In this document: positions 41,440-53,652 of the stretch, piece by piece | Numbering within the stretch: the stretch's first letter is position 1 | Layout of the letters: each line of letters starts with the position of its first letter | NCBI RefSeq assembly: GCF_009914755.1 | Contig: NC_060941.1 | Length of the DNA stretch: 64,000 bases | DNA from: the human T2T-CHM13v2.0 reference genome, Homo sapiens | Direction: 5' to 3' (one strand) | Translations under genes and position numbers: made by a program | Notes under the pieces: model-generated | What the model was told of the DNA's origin: nothing | What the model saw: only the letters and a program-made list of their open reading frames with translations | The model's database searches: none

Positions 41440-42170
41440 GCTGTCCAAGCATATTCTAAGAAATTCCACAGTGAGAGGAGGGTTGTTATTTCACACTTTT
41501 AGTATATAGGCGAAGTGGCTGTGGCTCAGAAAAGTGAGGTAACTTATCTAAGGTCACACAGCATGTTAGTTTCAGGGGCAGGACAAGAGCCCAGAGTGGC
41601 AAACTCCCACCCCTGTGCACGTTCTTCTGCCTTATGTGGCCTTCCACAGGCTAGCTCCCAGATTGGATGATGGCTGAGAGTTGAGGGCTGGGCTCTCCAT
41701 GCACACAACCTAGCCCTTCCTTCTCAGGTACCATCTCCTGAGCAAGGCAGGTGTGTGGTATCAAGGTCCTGTGACATTCAGAGAACACAGGTACAACAGC
41801 AATGACAACCACATCTTCCTTCACAGCACTCATGTCCCAAGAGGCAGGATAGGCTAGAGGCTGAGACTGTAGCTTAGAACTGTGGCTTTAGTACTTCCTA
41901 GCTGGGTAACCTTAGGTAAGTTATTTGTCTCTCTGTTCTTATGTTTCCTTGCTTGCTAGGTGGAGATTACATTATAATATTAGCTTCTACCTGATAGGAT
42001 TGTTTTCAGCATTAACTACATTAGTGTGTGCAAGGTGCTTAAATCATGCCTGGCACGTTGTAAGTGCTTGATAAACAAGTTATATGATTTTTTATGTGAC
42101 AGGAACCATGCTGAGTATTTTGCATGCTTTATCTTAGTCTTCCCAACTGTAATCAGGTAGGTGTCATTCA
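41440..42170. mobile_element. Three MIRs (-, +, -)
   Basis: aacttatctaaggtcacacagc; ctagctgggtaaccttaggtaagtta...gcctggcacgttgtaagtgct; gctgagtattttgcatgctttatct. Confidence 0.75.
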
Positions 42171-42750
42171 CGTGCATTCATTAATTCATGGGATTCACAG
42201 CATTCATTACGTGAATTCATTAATCTACTCGTTCACAGCATCATTAATTCAACGGATCTTTAGGAGTATCTAGTTACACTGGGTGCTGCCCTTGACGTTG
42301 GGGATATGGGGTCAAGAATGCAGAAAGCTTACATTTCTGCCTTTATGAAGCTTACATTCTACTGAGGGCTGGGTGGACACAGACATTAATCCATCAGTTA
42401 ATCAAGAGTCAGGAGTGATCCATGCTGTGGAGCAAAATAACACAGGGTAAGGGACAGAGAAGGAGGATGGGTAGGGAGTTGAGTGAGTAATTTGGTGCCA
42501 TGAGGTAAGGGAAGGCTGCTCCCAGGAAGTGCACTGGAGCAGAGATCTAAATGAAGTGAGGGAGCGAGGAGGCAGATGAACACAGGAGGAGTATTCCTGG
42601 CAGAAGGAAGGAAAAGTACAGCGGCCCTGAGGTGGTAGTAGAGGTGAGTTTGTTGCCTAGAATGTTTGTGGAACACAGAGGAGGTCTTAGTGGCTGCAAC
42701 CATGAGCAAGAGGGAGTAGAGCCCAGACGTGGGTCAGGGAGGAAGCCAGA
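42165..42750 (-). mobile_element. L2 fragment
   Basis: (CATT)n tail; ctgcctttatgaagcttacattcta; gcagagatctaaatgaagtgaggga. Confidence 0.85.
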
Positions 42751-42769
42751 AGTCAAGACATATACAATG

Positions 42770-42920
42770 TTCTCTGATTTGTAGAAGAAGAAACTAAAGC
42801 TCAGTGAAGTTAAATAACTTCCCAGAAGTGGCCCAGCTGGTAAGTGGTAGAACAAGGGATTTGAACCCAAGACCATCTGGCTTCAAGGCATATGCTCCTA
42901 ACCACTAGGATACATTGCTA
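42770..42920 (-). mobile_element. MIR
   Basis: gaaactaaagctcagtgaagttaaataacttccc...ggatttgaaccca. Confidence 0.85.
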
Positions 42921-43244
42921 TGAACATGCACAGTGGAGGCCGGGACATGCACATATAGCTATCCCAGGTGGTCCTGCTCCAAACTGTCTGCTGGGAAATT
43001 AGACAAAGAGTAAGGAGTAAGGCATAGTGAGAGAGCGAGGGTGTGTGTGGGGTGAGGAGTGGGGAAGAGCAGAAAGGAAGGGGTTCCTTTTGTCCTGGCA
43101 TACTCATATTTGCCTTAGCAGGTTGAGGCAGCCATTCCGGGTAATGGTGAGGGCTCAGGGTTGATATGAAAAGTGGCATTTGTCTAAAACTTGTCAGTTC
43201 TTGGGGCATCTCGGAACGGACAGTTTTGAAACACCAAAGGCACT

Positions 43245-43460
43245 TTAAAAAATAAAAATAGCACATTTCTAAATGCAACATCCTCTTTGGTAATGATATA
43301 ATGATATATTAGGCCTCCATCGCTGGTGGCATTATCTTGTACAGCAATATATTGCACTGTTACAATTCACGCCATCAGTCTGCAAAACCAGGGTCATAAA
43401 ACCCTGTAATTTATAACAGAATCTTGTAAACCTATGTATTATACATGTGTAGATATCATT
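43245..43460. mobile_element. Ancient conserved repeat, MER121-like
   Basis: GCAATATATTGC palindrome, ttacaattcacgccatcagtctgcaaaac and gggtcataaaaccctgtaatttataac match my recollection of the MER121 core; family name not verified. Confidence 0.6.
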
Positions 43461-43802
43461 GCCTGGCATTCCACATGCAGTAACTACTTGGTTCAGAAGT
43501 CAGGGCCAAAGCACCTCCCACCGCCCATTCCTCAAATGTAGGGCTCACCAGACAAGGTGTGCATATCATTGCCAGGCCCCCTTTACTGAGCAGTAAATTA
43601 AGCAACAGGCTGTGTCTTGGTGGTAGAGGAAAACAAAGATACCAAAACAGCAAGATGTGATGCAAAGAGGAGAGAGTGACAGCCTGAAGACTTGGTCATT
43701 TATTTTATGATGCTCCTTGTTCGTATGATCACACGATCCCTAGTAGGTGTCATGCACCCAGCTGGGAATAGGGATGGAAGTAAGACGCAATCCTCCTTCT
43801 GG

Positions 43803-43987
43803 TCTCATGTTTCTTAAACCTTAGTGTGTATTCACATCACCTGGGAATACTGTTGGCTCACAGATGCTGGGCTCTAACCCGAGAATGCTCTGGTTTGTGG
43901 GTCTGGAGCCTGAGACTTTGCATGTCTAATGAGTTCCCAGGGGATGCTGATGCTGCTGGTCCTGGGGCCCCGCTTTGAGTCATTCTG
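43803..43987. mobile_element. MER5A
   Basis: catcacctggg...ttgcatgtctaatgagttcccaggggatgctgatgctgctggtcc. Confidence 0.9.
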
Positions 43988-44035
43988 CTCCAAGTGACTT
44001 TGGGACGCTCTATATTAAAGATGCTGAGGGATATT

Positions 44036-44196
44036 GGCTGAGTGCGGTGGTGCACGCTGGCAGTCCCAGCTACTTGGGAAGCTGAGGTAGGAGGATTGCT
44101 TGAGCCCAGGGAGTTCAAAGCTGCAGTGAGCTATGATCATACCACCGCACTCCAGCCTGGGCAGCAAAGTGAGACCCTGCCTCTAAAAAAGAAAAA
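44036..44196 (+). mobile_element. FRAM (free right Alu monomer)
   Basis: Single right monomer with A tail; TSD-like aaagatgctgaggga / aaaaatgcagaggga. Confidence 0.85.
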
Positions 44197-45629
44197 TGCA
44201 GAGGGAGAAATGAGCTGCCCCAGTGAACACAGGCAGGGGCAGATCTGTGGATAAAGCCTGGCCTCCTGGCCCCTGAATCCAGGACTCTTCCACTGGGCCA
44301 CACTGCCCATTTCCTGGCTTTGTCTCCAAATGCTCTCCAACCACAAAAGTAGCAACAGGGAGAGGGGTGCCAGAAAGATGGCAACCAGACGCACGCAGCT
44401 CACAGCAGAATCTGCGGGCACATTAACTCTGCAGGGGCCAGTTGGAGCACTCAGCAGAGGCCACTCTGAGCTTCCTAGGGCTCCCCCAAAGGTCAGACAG
44501 AATCATCTAATAGCTTCTTGAAGGGAAAATGATGGTCTGGTGGTTTTTTTCCCTGCTGAACCTCATCACCTCCAACGGCCACACTATGGATCGCTGCCGC
44601 CAGGGGGGCGGGGAATACGAGGTCTTTGCTGTATTGCAAGGCAGAACGCTTTTTCTGGAGAGGTCTTAATGACTTATGGGATGAAAGGTGGCAAGTGGGG
44701 ATGCCATGCCCGGCTGAACCCTGCAGGCCAGAGATGCCGTGATAGTCACCTCTCTCCAACCCAGTGCTGGGGCCCCATGCCTGCTTCCTTGGGACAGCCC
44801 CCGTCCCTTCCCAGGGGTGACCTTCTCACCACCACCCCTTGCTGACTGGCTCCTCACACCGTGCAGGTGCAGCCCCAGTGCGTCTGCATGTAAATGAGCT
44901 TGGGCCGACCAAACGCTGGCCTCCTGCTGCCACATAGCATGATTGCAGACATTTTATTGCCAGGTGATTGCTCTTCGATAGGAACCACCTCTTCAGAACC
45001 CTTTTAAGCCTCTCCAACAAACATTCTGATTTCATTCCTTATTGCCCTAATCCAGCTGCAGACCCTTGCGCTCCTGATTTGACTGCAGACTTAGAAATAA
45101 ATATCCCAGTGTGCCTGTCCTAACCAAAGGACTATTGATAGCAAGTAGCAAATCCATTTGCCACCCAAATAGTATCCTGGTTTGCCATCACTAATTTCAG
45201 AAATGTGATTCCCAGCATTATGCCCTCTCCAAACTAGCTTTTTGCCTCTTATTTCCTAGCTTAGTTATCAGAATTTCCACCTACGCTCTTGAGCAAGATG
45301 GGACACTCACAATAAACACTGTCTCCCATCTTCCCCTCATCACCCACTCACAACATCATTAATTCTAATCCTCCTGTTGTTTGTGGATTAGAAAACAGCT
45401 GTTTTCTGAGCTGCTATGTGTCCCTGGTGCTAGGTGCTGGGTCCTTGTCCTCATGGAGCTTCCAGGGAAATAGGGGAAACTGCAAGGAAGCACGGAACTA
45501 TGCTTTGTCATGGGCCTCTGGTGACCTGGAGAAAGTCAATTAACTTTTGATGAGTGACATGTCTGGTTTCTATCCCCAAGGAGTTCATGTGAGAAGGGGA
45601 GACAGTCACACAACCAGTTCTTTGCAGTA

Positions 45630-45840
45630 ATCATAACAGCTGAGAGGCACACAACACTGATGGTGTCTAAGAGCTGTATATATGCCAGCTTATTTAGGAC
45701 TCATAACTGTCCTTGGAGGCAAATACTATGATTATATGAGCCACACAACAGAGGAGGAAACTGAGGCACAGATAAGTGACTTGCAAGCAGTCAGCTGGGA
45801 TTTGAACTCAGAAAGTCTGCTCCAGAATCCATGCTTTCAA
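45630..45840 (-). mobile_element. MIR
   Basis: acagaggaggaaactgaggcacaga...ctgggatttgaactcag. Confidence 0.85.
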
Positions 45841-46329
45841 CCCTGGAATCCTAGTCACGACGAGGTGAACGTGGGGGTGCTGGCTGCCTTCACTCCAGAG
45901 GCGTCTCCTATCCCAGAGGAGGCCAGCTGGCCTGCCTGGTCCCTCTTGGCCTCCATCTGGGTGCGGTGGCCCCTTGCTGTCACTGAAGTGTGTGACTACC
46001 AGGGCCAGAAGATGCTTCTGTAGGGCTTGGGGCCCGCTCCAGGGCAGCATCTGGAGACAGGAGTAATGAAGGGTAGCTGGCGCACGACCGGGTTGTCAGG
46101 CTGGGGACTGAAGGGTGCTTCCTTTGAACAGTCTGTGCTCGGCGCCATGTAGGCTCCACTGAGCCATGAAAATGTCTGGCCCTCCCAGTGCTGCTTCAAA
46201 AGACTGCCCGGATGACCACCTGTCCCTGGAAACAGGCTTACCAAAACTCACCTGCTTGCTTCAAAATTCACCACCCCTCCATACCCCCAAGGATCTCTTT
46301 CCCTTTCTTTCTCTAATCTTCCTATGCAC

Positions 46330-46537
46330 AGGAGGGAGAGAAAATAGGGAAGGGAATGGGGAGAGGGAGAAAGGGAGGGAGGGGGAGAAAAGGAGGAAGA
46401 GGGAGGGAGGGAGAGAGGGAGGGAAGAAGAAAGGAAGAAAGGAGGGAGGAAGAGAAGGAGGGAAGGAGAGGAGGAAGGGAGGGAGGAAGGGAAGGAGGGA
46501 GGCAAGGTATGGAAGGGAGGGAAAAGGAAGGGAAGGA
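46330..46537. repeat. GA-rich polypurine tract (145 bp pure purine, 46358-46502)
   Basis: Read directly from the sequence. Confidence 0.97.
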
Positions 46538-46559
46538 TGAATATATAGTCTGTAATTGC

Positions 46560-47200
46560 TCAAATGCCTATAGTATGTTTCTCTCAGACTGTTATTCCAA
46601 GCCCACTGTATTCTGGGCCCCAAGCACTTTCCAAACTTACCTATCAAAATATCCCAAAGGGTCATTCACACATAATCTATGTGTCCAATAAGGGACAGAT
46701 ACTCTGCTAGACTGTGGTTAAATCTTATTGAGTGTGACAGATGGTTCTTATCCTCTTAGGGCTGATCATCATTAAACTAATAAATAACGCAAATAAACAT
46801 GTAATCACACATTGTGCTGAGTGCTATAAGGGAAAAGAATAAAGTACTATGAGAGGGAAAAGGAGGGTCAGAATGGGGTGAACATTCCCAAGCCACAAGA
46901 GAAAGCCTCGCCCATGTGTAGATGAGGAATGTTGAAGTGAGGGCTTAAGGCTGCCGTGGAATGAGGGGTAGACATGCCACGTCTCAGCCAGGCAGGTGGT
47001 GCCCAGGGCTAATGCAAAAAGATGCGAGAAGACTTGAAAGAAATTCATGGATGTTTGCTCCGTAAATGAGCTCTTTAGAGGAATGTAATGAATGCTGCTT
47101 CATTCATTAACTGGACTGTGAGCTCCCTGAGGGAAGGGCATCTGTTTGTTATCCATCTGGGCATTTTCCGGCCCTAGCTGAGAGCTTAGTATTAATTTAT
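46560..47200. mobile_element. L2 fragments (minus, then a plus-strand 3' end)
   Basis: gagtgctataagggaaaag...; ggactgtgagctccctgagggaaggg. Confidence 0.6.
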
Positions 47201-47989
47201 TTATATGTACACCGCCTGGTTGCATAAAGACAAGCCGGGGACCTCTACAGTGGCAGATGCTGGAGGAACTGTGTTTATGCTACATGATTCACCCGCTGTC
47301 TCTCTAAGCTGTGAGGACAATGCATCTCAGAAAGGACCACTATCTGCTCACTCTCACCATGGGCTGTGGCTCCTGGCTGTGAGTCCACGGGCCTATTGCA
47401 GGCTGCAATTGTGGGTTTTTTATGTTTTGATTAGTAAACCAAGCTTTTCTCCCTAGAAAATGTTGGGCATAAATTCTCAATGTGAAATTGACAAAAGCAG
47501 AGATGCTAGCTGGTGCTGAGCAGGGGAGGAGGCGCTGGAGCCCCATCCATATATAGCAGCTGCTCCTCCCACTAGGTGCTTCTGACAAACCCTGACTTTG
47601 ACCTTCTCTGGAGATGGGGCCTCCCCTCTGCGGCCCCATGAAGACTGCTGTGCTTGCTCCTGCTCTGCCTGGGCTCTGGCCTTCAGTGAAGGCCATTTCA
47701 GAATGAAGAGTTGGTGTTCTGCAGCAGGAGGAAGTGTGCCTTCATTACCCAGCCTAGGCGTGTCTGGGCTGCACAGATCTGGGCATATGAAAGGGGGGCC
47801 ACCCGCTGCAGAGCTTGGTCTTTCCCCATTCTGCTTACAAGAAGAATTCCTAAAGCACGGTGCCCGGTTCCTCTCCATGCTCCCCTTCTGCGCGGGACAG
47901 AGGGTGGAGCCTCGTGAGTCTCACATGATACCGGCTAAGTATCAATAGGTCCCCAAGTCGCAGGGCTGGGAGCCTGGGAATAGATGAGT

Positions 47990-48590
47990 GGTGGTAAGTG
48001 GAGGGGAGGGCAAGAGCTTTGGGCTGGCATCTCAGTCTGCCTCCTGCCAGCTGTGTGACCTTGGACAAGTGACTGAATCAACCTGGGCCGGCCTTTCTGC
48101 ATCTATAAAGCCCACCTCACAACGTTATCGTGATGGTTGAGTGACACAATGTGAGTGCAATCAATCTTCAGAGGCACAAGGTATATGCCAGGCAGCATGA
48201 CATCTGCCAAACACTTTACAAGCCGTGATGTCACTACCACACACAGATGTAGAGAAGCGCCCAGGATGGTGCCTAGCACATTGTGGGCACTTCCATGGCA
48301 GCTCTTACAGGGCCTAGAGATGAATGCTATGGCCCCACTCAGAGCCATGAATCAAGCACTCACTATGTGCATGGCATGACTGCAAGTGCTTTGCATGGAT
48401 TGCCTCAGTGAATCCTTACAACAATCTTGTGGAGCAAGTATGACTATTCTCATTTTACAGATGAGAAAACCAAGACACAGAGAGGTGAAGCAAATTGCCC
48501 AGAGTCACACAGCTAGTAAATAGTGGCACAGGGAATGAAATGCAAGCTGCCTAACTCCTTTCCTGTGATCAGAACCACTGCATCCCATAC
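47990..48590. mobile_element. MIR (+) then MIR (-)
   Basis: gctgtgtgaccttggacaagtgac; cattttacagatgagaaaaccaagacacagagaggtgaagcaaattgcccagagtcacacagctagtaa. Confidence 0.88.
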
Positions 48591-49275
48591 CAGGCCACGT
48601 GCATCTCTCACAATGTAAAGTAAGGGCGGCAGCTGAATTTCTCTCATCTCACTCCTGATGAAGAACTGTTTCCCAGAACAATGTCAGATCAAGAGCCAAG
48701 CGATCAGTGCTTTGGTCCCCCTGTTTCCACCTGAAAGCTCTGTGGGTTGGGCTAACTCAGTTCCCTTCTCTGGGCTTGGGTTTCCCCAACTCTAAGACTG
48801 TTGGCAGGGGTGAGGGTGCTGATAGCATGAAATCTGGTTCATCCTGGCTTTAGGGTGTGAGTCTAGGGTTCAAACAGTTACAGGGAAGGACAATAGTTGG
48901 GAAAAAGTATGAACTGAATCAGAACCACATGTGTTGGGGGAAAACAAATATTTCTGGCCCAGCTGGATGTAAACTCTGCCAGAGCCTAGCATCAGCCTAG
49001 CTAAGAACAGTTAAGGGGCTTTGCCCCTGATTATGTGGCTGTGGCCACCTTCACTGGAGGAGAATAAAGAAGGAGCTAAAGGTGAAGAACCATATGCTGT
49101 GTGGCCTTCACTGAGTTTCTTGGCCTCTCTGGGTCACATGACTCCAGTTCCAATACACTCCCTGTAATTCCCAGATGGGCCATTTTCTTACAGGGCTCCT
49201 TTGCCTAGGCTGTTTTCACTGCCTGGAATGTTCTCTTCTGCATCACCTTATCTGCCTCAAGATTTAGTGTGGGGC

Positions 49276-49730
49276 AATAGCAAAGGCATGGAATCAACCC
49301 AAATGACCATCAGTGATAGACTGGATAAAGAAAATGTGGTACATATACACCATGGAATACTATGTAGCCATAAAAAGGAAAGAGATCATGTCCTTTACAT
49401 GGACATGGATGGAGCTGGAAGCCATAATCCTCAGCAAACTAACATAGGAACAGGAAACCAAACACCGCCATGTCCTCACTTACAAGTGGGAGCTGAACAA
49501 TGAGAACACATGGACACAAAGAGGGGAACAACACACACTGGGGCCTGTTGGGGGAGTGGTGGGAGGGAGAGCATCAGGATAAATAGCTAATGCATGTGGG
49601 GCTTAATACCTAGGTGACGGGTTGATAGGTGCAGCAAACCACCGTGGCACATATTTACCTATGTAAGAAACCTGCACGTCCTGCACATGAACCCTGGAAT
49701 GTAAAATAAAATAAAATTAAATGAAAGAAA
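49276..49730 (+). mobile_element. L1PA (about L1PA11-13) 3' end, 5' truncated
   Basis: ORF2 C-terminal relic (IAKAWNQPK*..DWIKKMWYIYTMEYY), L1PA 3'UTR and A tail; TSD aagatt(t/c)agtgtgggg. Confidence 0.95.
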
Positions 49731-49949
49731 AAGATTCAGTGTGGGGGCCAGCTCTCCTAGAAAGCCTTCTTGGATTGGGTGTCTTCGCTCTGGCTCTCCC
49801 AGTCCTGGGCTTCCTTCTACCCAGGGTATTTTTCACTAGATGGCCATTGTCTATTCATTGTTTTGTCTTCCTCATGTGGCAGGGAAGATCTCTATGTTCA
49901 AAGGATATTGACCCTCTTCTCAACCTCATCTTGAGTTTCTCATAACATG

Positions 49950-50420
49950 GAAACTGAAATCCAAACTCCTGACCCTGGCCTGTGAAGCCCACCTGAGCTG
50001 GCCCCACTCCTCAGTTCACCTCCTGTCCCATGGCCATGGTGGTCTTGCTGCTCCTTGAACACGTCCAGTTCCTTCCCACCCAGAGCCTTTTCACTAACTG
50101 TCCTCACTGCCAGAGTGTTCTCCCGGGAAACTTTTCCTGTTTGACACCTTGCCATTCAGACCCCACAATGCTATTCTCCAGAGACACCTACCTTGACCAC
50201 AAAACTTAACACAGTCACTCAATCACCCTTCTGCTACAACCCCTGTTTGAGTTCTGTATACAACACACATGTGTTTTTATCCTCCCCCCATCCAGAACAT
50301 AAACCCCAGGGGGCAGCAACTGCTGTGACGATCTTCTTCCCTGCCATATCCACAGCACCAAGAGCAATGCCTGACTCAGGGAAGGCTTTCAATAAATATC
50401 TGCCTGATGAAAGAATGAAA
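49950..50420 (+). mobile_element. L2 3' fragment
   Basis: aaatccaaactcctgaccctggcc...ttcaataaatatctgcctgatgaaagaatga. Confidence 0.8.
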
Positions 50421-50734
50421 ATGAAGTTCCATTTTGGCACAAACTATTTGTGATGAATGAAAAACAACAGATTCCCAGTTTTTCATTTGGGTCAAAAAGA
50501 ATGTCTGCCCCTGCATTTAGTTTAAAAAAGCAAAAGAGAGTAGAAAATCTTTTTTCTTCTTCTTCAGGAGCTACCTTCCCATCCCCACCCCCCACCCCCA
50601 GTTGCAGCACATGTGGCAGACCCTGCTGTCCAGTAGTCTGAGCTGTGACCTAGCTTTGAACTAGTCCCCCATCCGCACAACCGTGGCTGCCCCCTTACAC
50701 GTGCATCCCCGACGTTTGGAACCAGACACTAAGT

Positions 50735-51180
50735 GGATGATCGCTATGATTAAGCTGCCTTTTAATTATTCAATGAGATGTCAATGGTGCATGCCATTGT
50801 GACATTATAATGGACTACAACTCCCTCGCAGATGTCAAGAAAGGCAGGGGGCCATTACCTTGTCAAAATGTTGGCTCCCTGTGACTTTATTTCCAGTACA
50901 CCAACTAATTTTTCATGTAGCACAGAACAGCAGAGTGAGGTGGGGTGCTTGACAAGGGAAACTGCTTGGAGCGATTCGGGTGACACAACGATTTGGTTGA
51001 TTCTGTATTAACTCAACAAATTCTCCACTTTTTGAAATTCACTGACTCTCAAAATTAATGAAATTTTAGGGGTAATCAGTTGACATTTCTTGGCTGTTCA
51101 CTGGGCAGAGGACTTTAACATGGGTAGAAGTTTGGTTAAGGATGGGGCAGGAACAAGAAAAAGAACATACTGGTGACATC
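50735..51180. promoter_or_regulatory. Candidate developmental enhancer (MEIS/TALE, SOX and homeodomain motifs)
   Basis: Repeat-free; 8 TGACA/TGTCA cores, inverted CAATG/CATTG pair, TAAT cores, ACTACAACTCCC motif. Confidence 0.5.
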
Positions 51181-51932
51181 CTGGCAGGCCTTTGTTTCAT
51201 TAAACAACCACTGACTGCACTCACACACATGCCCACATAAACACACATGCATGCACACACTCACATGCACCCCTTACCCCCCCCAGGAAGCAAGGAGTGT
51301 TGGTTTCCATTGGGAATAGTAAGAGATGGCTTTCTAAAGTTGTCTTTAACTAGTTGTGCAACTTTGAATAAGTCAGCCCTTTGGGTTCCAGTTGATTCAC
51401 CTCTTAAAGAATGCTAGGCTTGAATCATTTCTAAGGTATGATGATACAGCTGATGACTGAATCTGATATAATCTGACTGTATTAGACTGATGACGGTAAT
51501 GATTCATGCCACACACTCTCGAGGATCATTAATTGCCTTGCATTCATCAGTCACTGACTCTGAACCCAACACTGTGCTAGGACAGAAGCTAAGTTTGACA
51601 AGTTTTCTGCCTTCGGGAAACTTACAGCAGAGCCCAAACCCCAAAGGTGAAGCAGTAAACAGGCTGCAGTTAAGAATAATTCTGGCATTGTGCTGATGGC
51701 AAGGGCAACTGGAGTTCAGGGAAAGGAGAGATGAGCGTGGGCTTGGAAAGCTGCACAGGCATCTTGCAGGAGGTAGGAAGTGACGGTGCTCCGGGGAGGG
51801 ACAGGATACCCAGAAGTGGAGGGGACGGGAGAGTGTGGGGTGAGTAGCACATGAGGGAGGTGGCAAGGGGCAAATGAAGACACAATCCCTGGTGTTTCCT
51901 TGAGGGAACTGAAGATTACCCATTCCCTCTGA

Positions 51933-52342
51933 TGTGGGTGGTGGTTGGGTTCTGAGCACCTAGCAGCTATTCTCTCTTCTTTTGGTCACAAGATCTTAAT
52001 TTCTTTTGGGAAATTATCGGTTCCTCACCGTGCATGCGTAAAGGGCTTATGAATCAAGGGACATGTGACCCAAGATATATCGACAAAGGACTTTGACTTT
52101 TGAAGGCAGTTGGTCCTGTGCATGATAAATGCCTGGTGTTCATTCATTCCAGGGACAGCGCCCTGACCTGACAGAGGAGTGATTATTGCCCCTGTATATC
52201 ATTTCCTGCTTTTTTCAGTCTCATTTTCCAGCCTTTCTATTGATTCTATGAGCAATCTGATGTCTTTCCAATATAATCCCTTTTGCTTATTTTAGCCAAG
52301 ATCAGCTTCTATTGTTTACAACCAGCAAACCCTAACTGATAT
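51933..52342 (+). mobile_element. LTR33-like ERVL solo LTR
   Basis: cacctagcagctattctctcttc...ggacatgtgaccca...tttctattgattctatgagc...tacaaccagcaaaccctaactgat. Confidence 0.65.
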
Positions 52343-52473
52343 CCACCCATCATTTATCCACCCATCATCCATCCGTCTTTCCATCATCCATCCATCCATC
52401 CATCCATCCATCCATCCATCCATCCATCCATCTATACATTTATCCATTCATCTATTCACTCATCCATCCATTC
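52343..52473. repeat. (CATC)n microsatellite, 12 perfect units at 52385-52432
   Basis: Read directly from the sequence. Confidence 0.97.
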
Positions 52474-52719
52474 CCCAGTCTACTAGAGTATTGAGGAGCA
52501 GTAGGAAATAAGTAAGGACAATCAAAATACACAAAGTTAAATGGAACTTCAAAAGCCAGGATTTGGAGTTAAAAAATTAACTCTATAACAATAAGAAATT
52601 TAGTGCTAAGTAACACAACACAGGTGTTCCAGTAGATAAAGAAGTCATCAAGGTCAACTGGGACTTGAGTGGGCACTTTGGAGGGGATTTTTTTAAGAGC
52701 AAAGTTTGAAGGACACTAA

Positions 52720-53050
52720 CACATATAGAGCACCTAGCACCGTCCCAAGCACTTTTACCAGAGACATCTGCCTCATTTCCCCACCATCCTACAAAGTAGA
52801 TGTCCATGATTCCATTTTGTGGATGGGGAAACTGAAGCTCAGAAAGTTTATGCCGCTTCACCTAGTTCACATCTACTAAATGACAGGACAGAGATTCAGA
52901 ATCAGGTCTTACCACCCCCAACACACTTGCTCTTTCCTCCAGCCCACACTTCCTAACGCAAATACATTGTGTGACCTTGGGCAAGTCAACACCCCTCCTT
53001 GGGACTTCATTTCCATCTTTACAGAAGGAGGGGGTTGGATGAGACAGGTG
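52720..53050. mobile_element. MIR (-) then MIR (+)
   Basis: ccattttgtggatggggaaactgaagctcaga; tgtgtgaccttgggcaagtca. Confidence 0.85.
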
Positions 53051-53652
53051 CATTCTAGCACTACATTTAATGAGCATATGAACAGGTGTGACGTTGATAT
53101 GTCTTTCTTCTGTGCCTGCAGGAAGTGCATTGTGAGGAGTGCCCTAAAAGAACTATCCTGGGTACTTGCTTTCCTGGGGCCCCATATTACCCCAGATTCA
53201 GACCAGTTTTTGTGTTTAATTTTTGACTTGAGATTCTTATGCCACATTGGTAGAGTAATAAATCCAGATCCTACACTCACACATGATGGAGGCTTGCAGA
53301 CTTTAGTTATTGTGGGAGATTTGTCTCCCTGACCCCCCGACCTAGAACCCCTGGGAGACACCTAGCTTCCTTGGGCTTCTGGATGGAGTTTTCTACTCTT
53401 AACAGAAATGATGTATCAAGTGGTGTCCCATCGGGGGGAAACACAGAAATGACACCCCCATCAATAGTCCTTTATGCAAGGACCCTCTCTTGGGGCTTCA
53501 GGTGATCATCACCCTCCTCCATCCCCCAAACACACCAGCCTCCTGGCCTGGAGCCTAGGACCTGGTCCCACAGGCCCCCAGGAAGCCAGCTGTGTATTGA
53601 ACACCATGGTTTTTAAGGTCTTTCATTGTTTCTGGAACCTAAGGGCTCCTTC

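Noticed and set aside
44594-44613. CTCF-like motif ccgccaggggggcg
   Set aside because: The extra G disrupts the AGGGGGCG core register; too weak to call without ChIP data
46166-46691. Arg/Gly/Glu-rich and Pro/Ser/Phe-rich ORFs
   Set aside because: Produced by the stop-free polypurine tract
47340-47948. Overlapping 116-133-aa ORFs on both strands in unique sequence
   Set aside because: No recognisable homology or convincing splice sites; expected by chance at this GC content
49201-49503. 100-aa ORF
   Set aside because: Alternative frame of the L1PA ORF2 3' end; the true ORF2 frame contains stops
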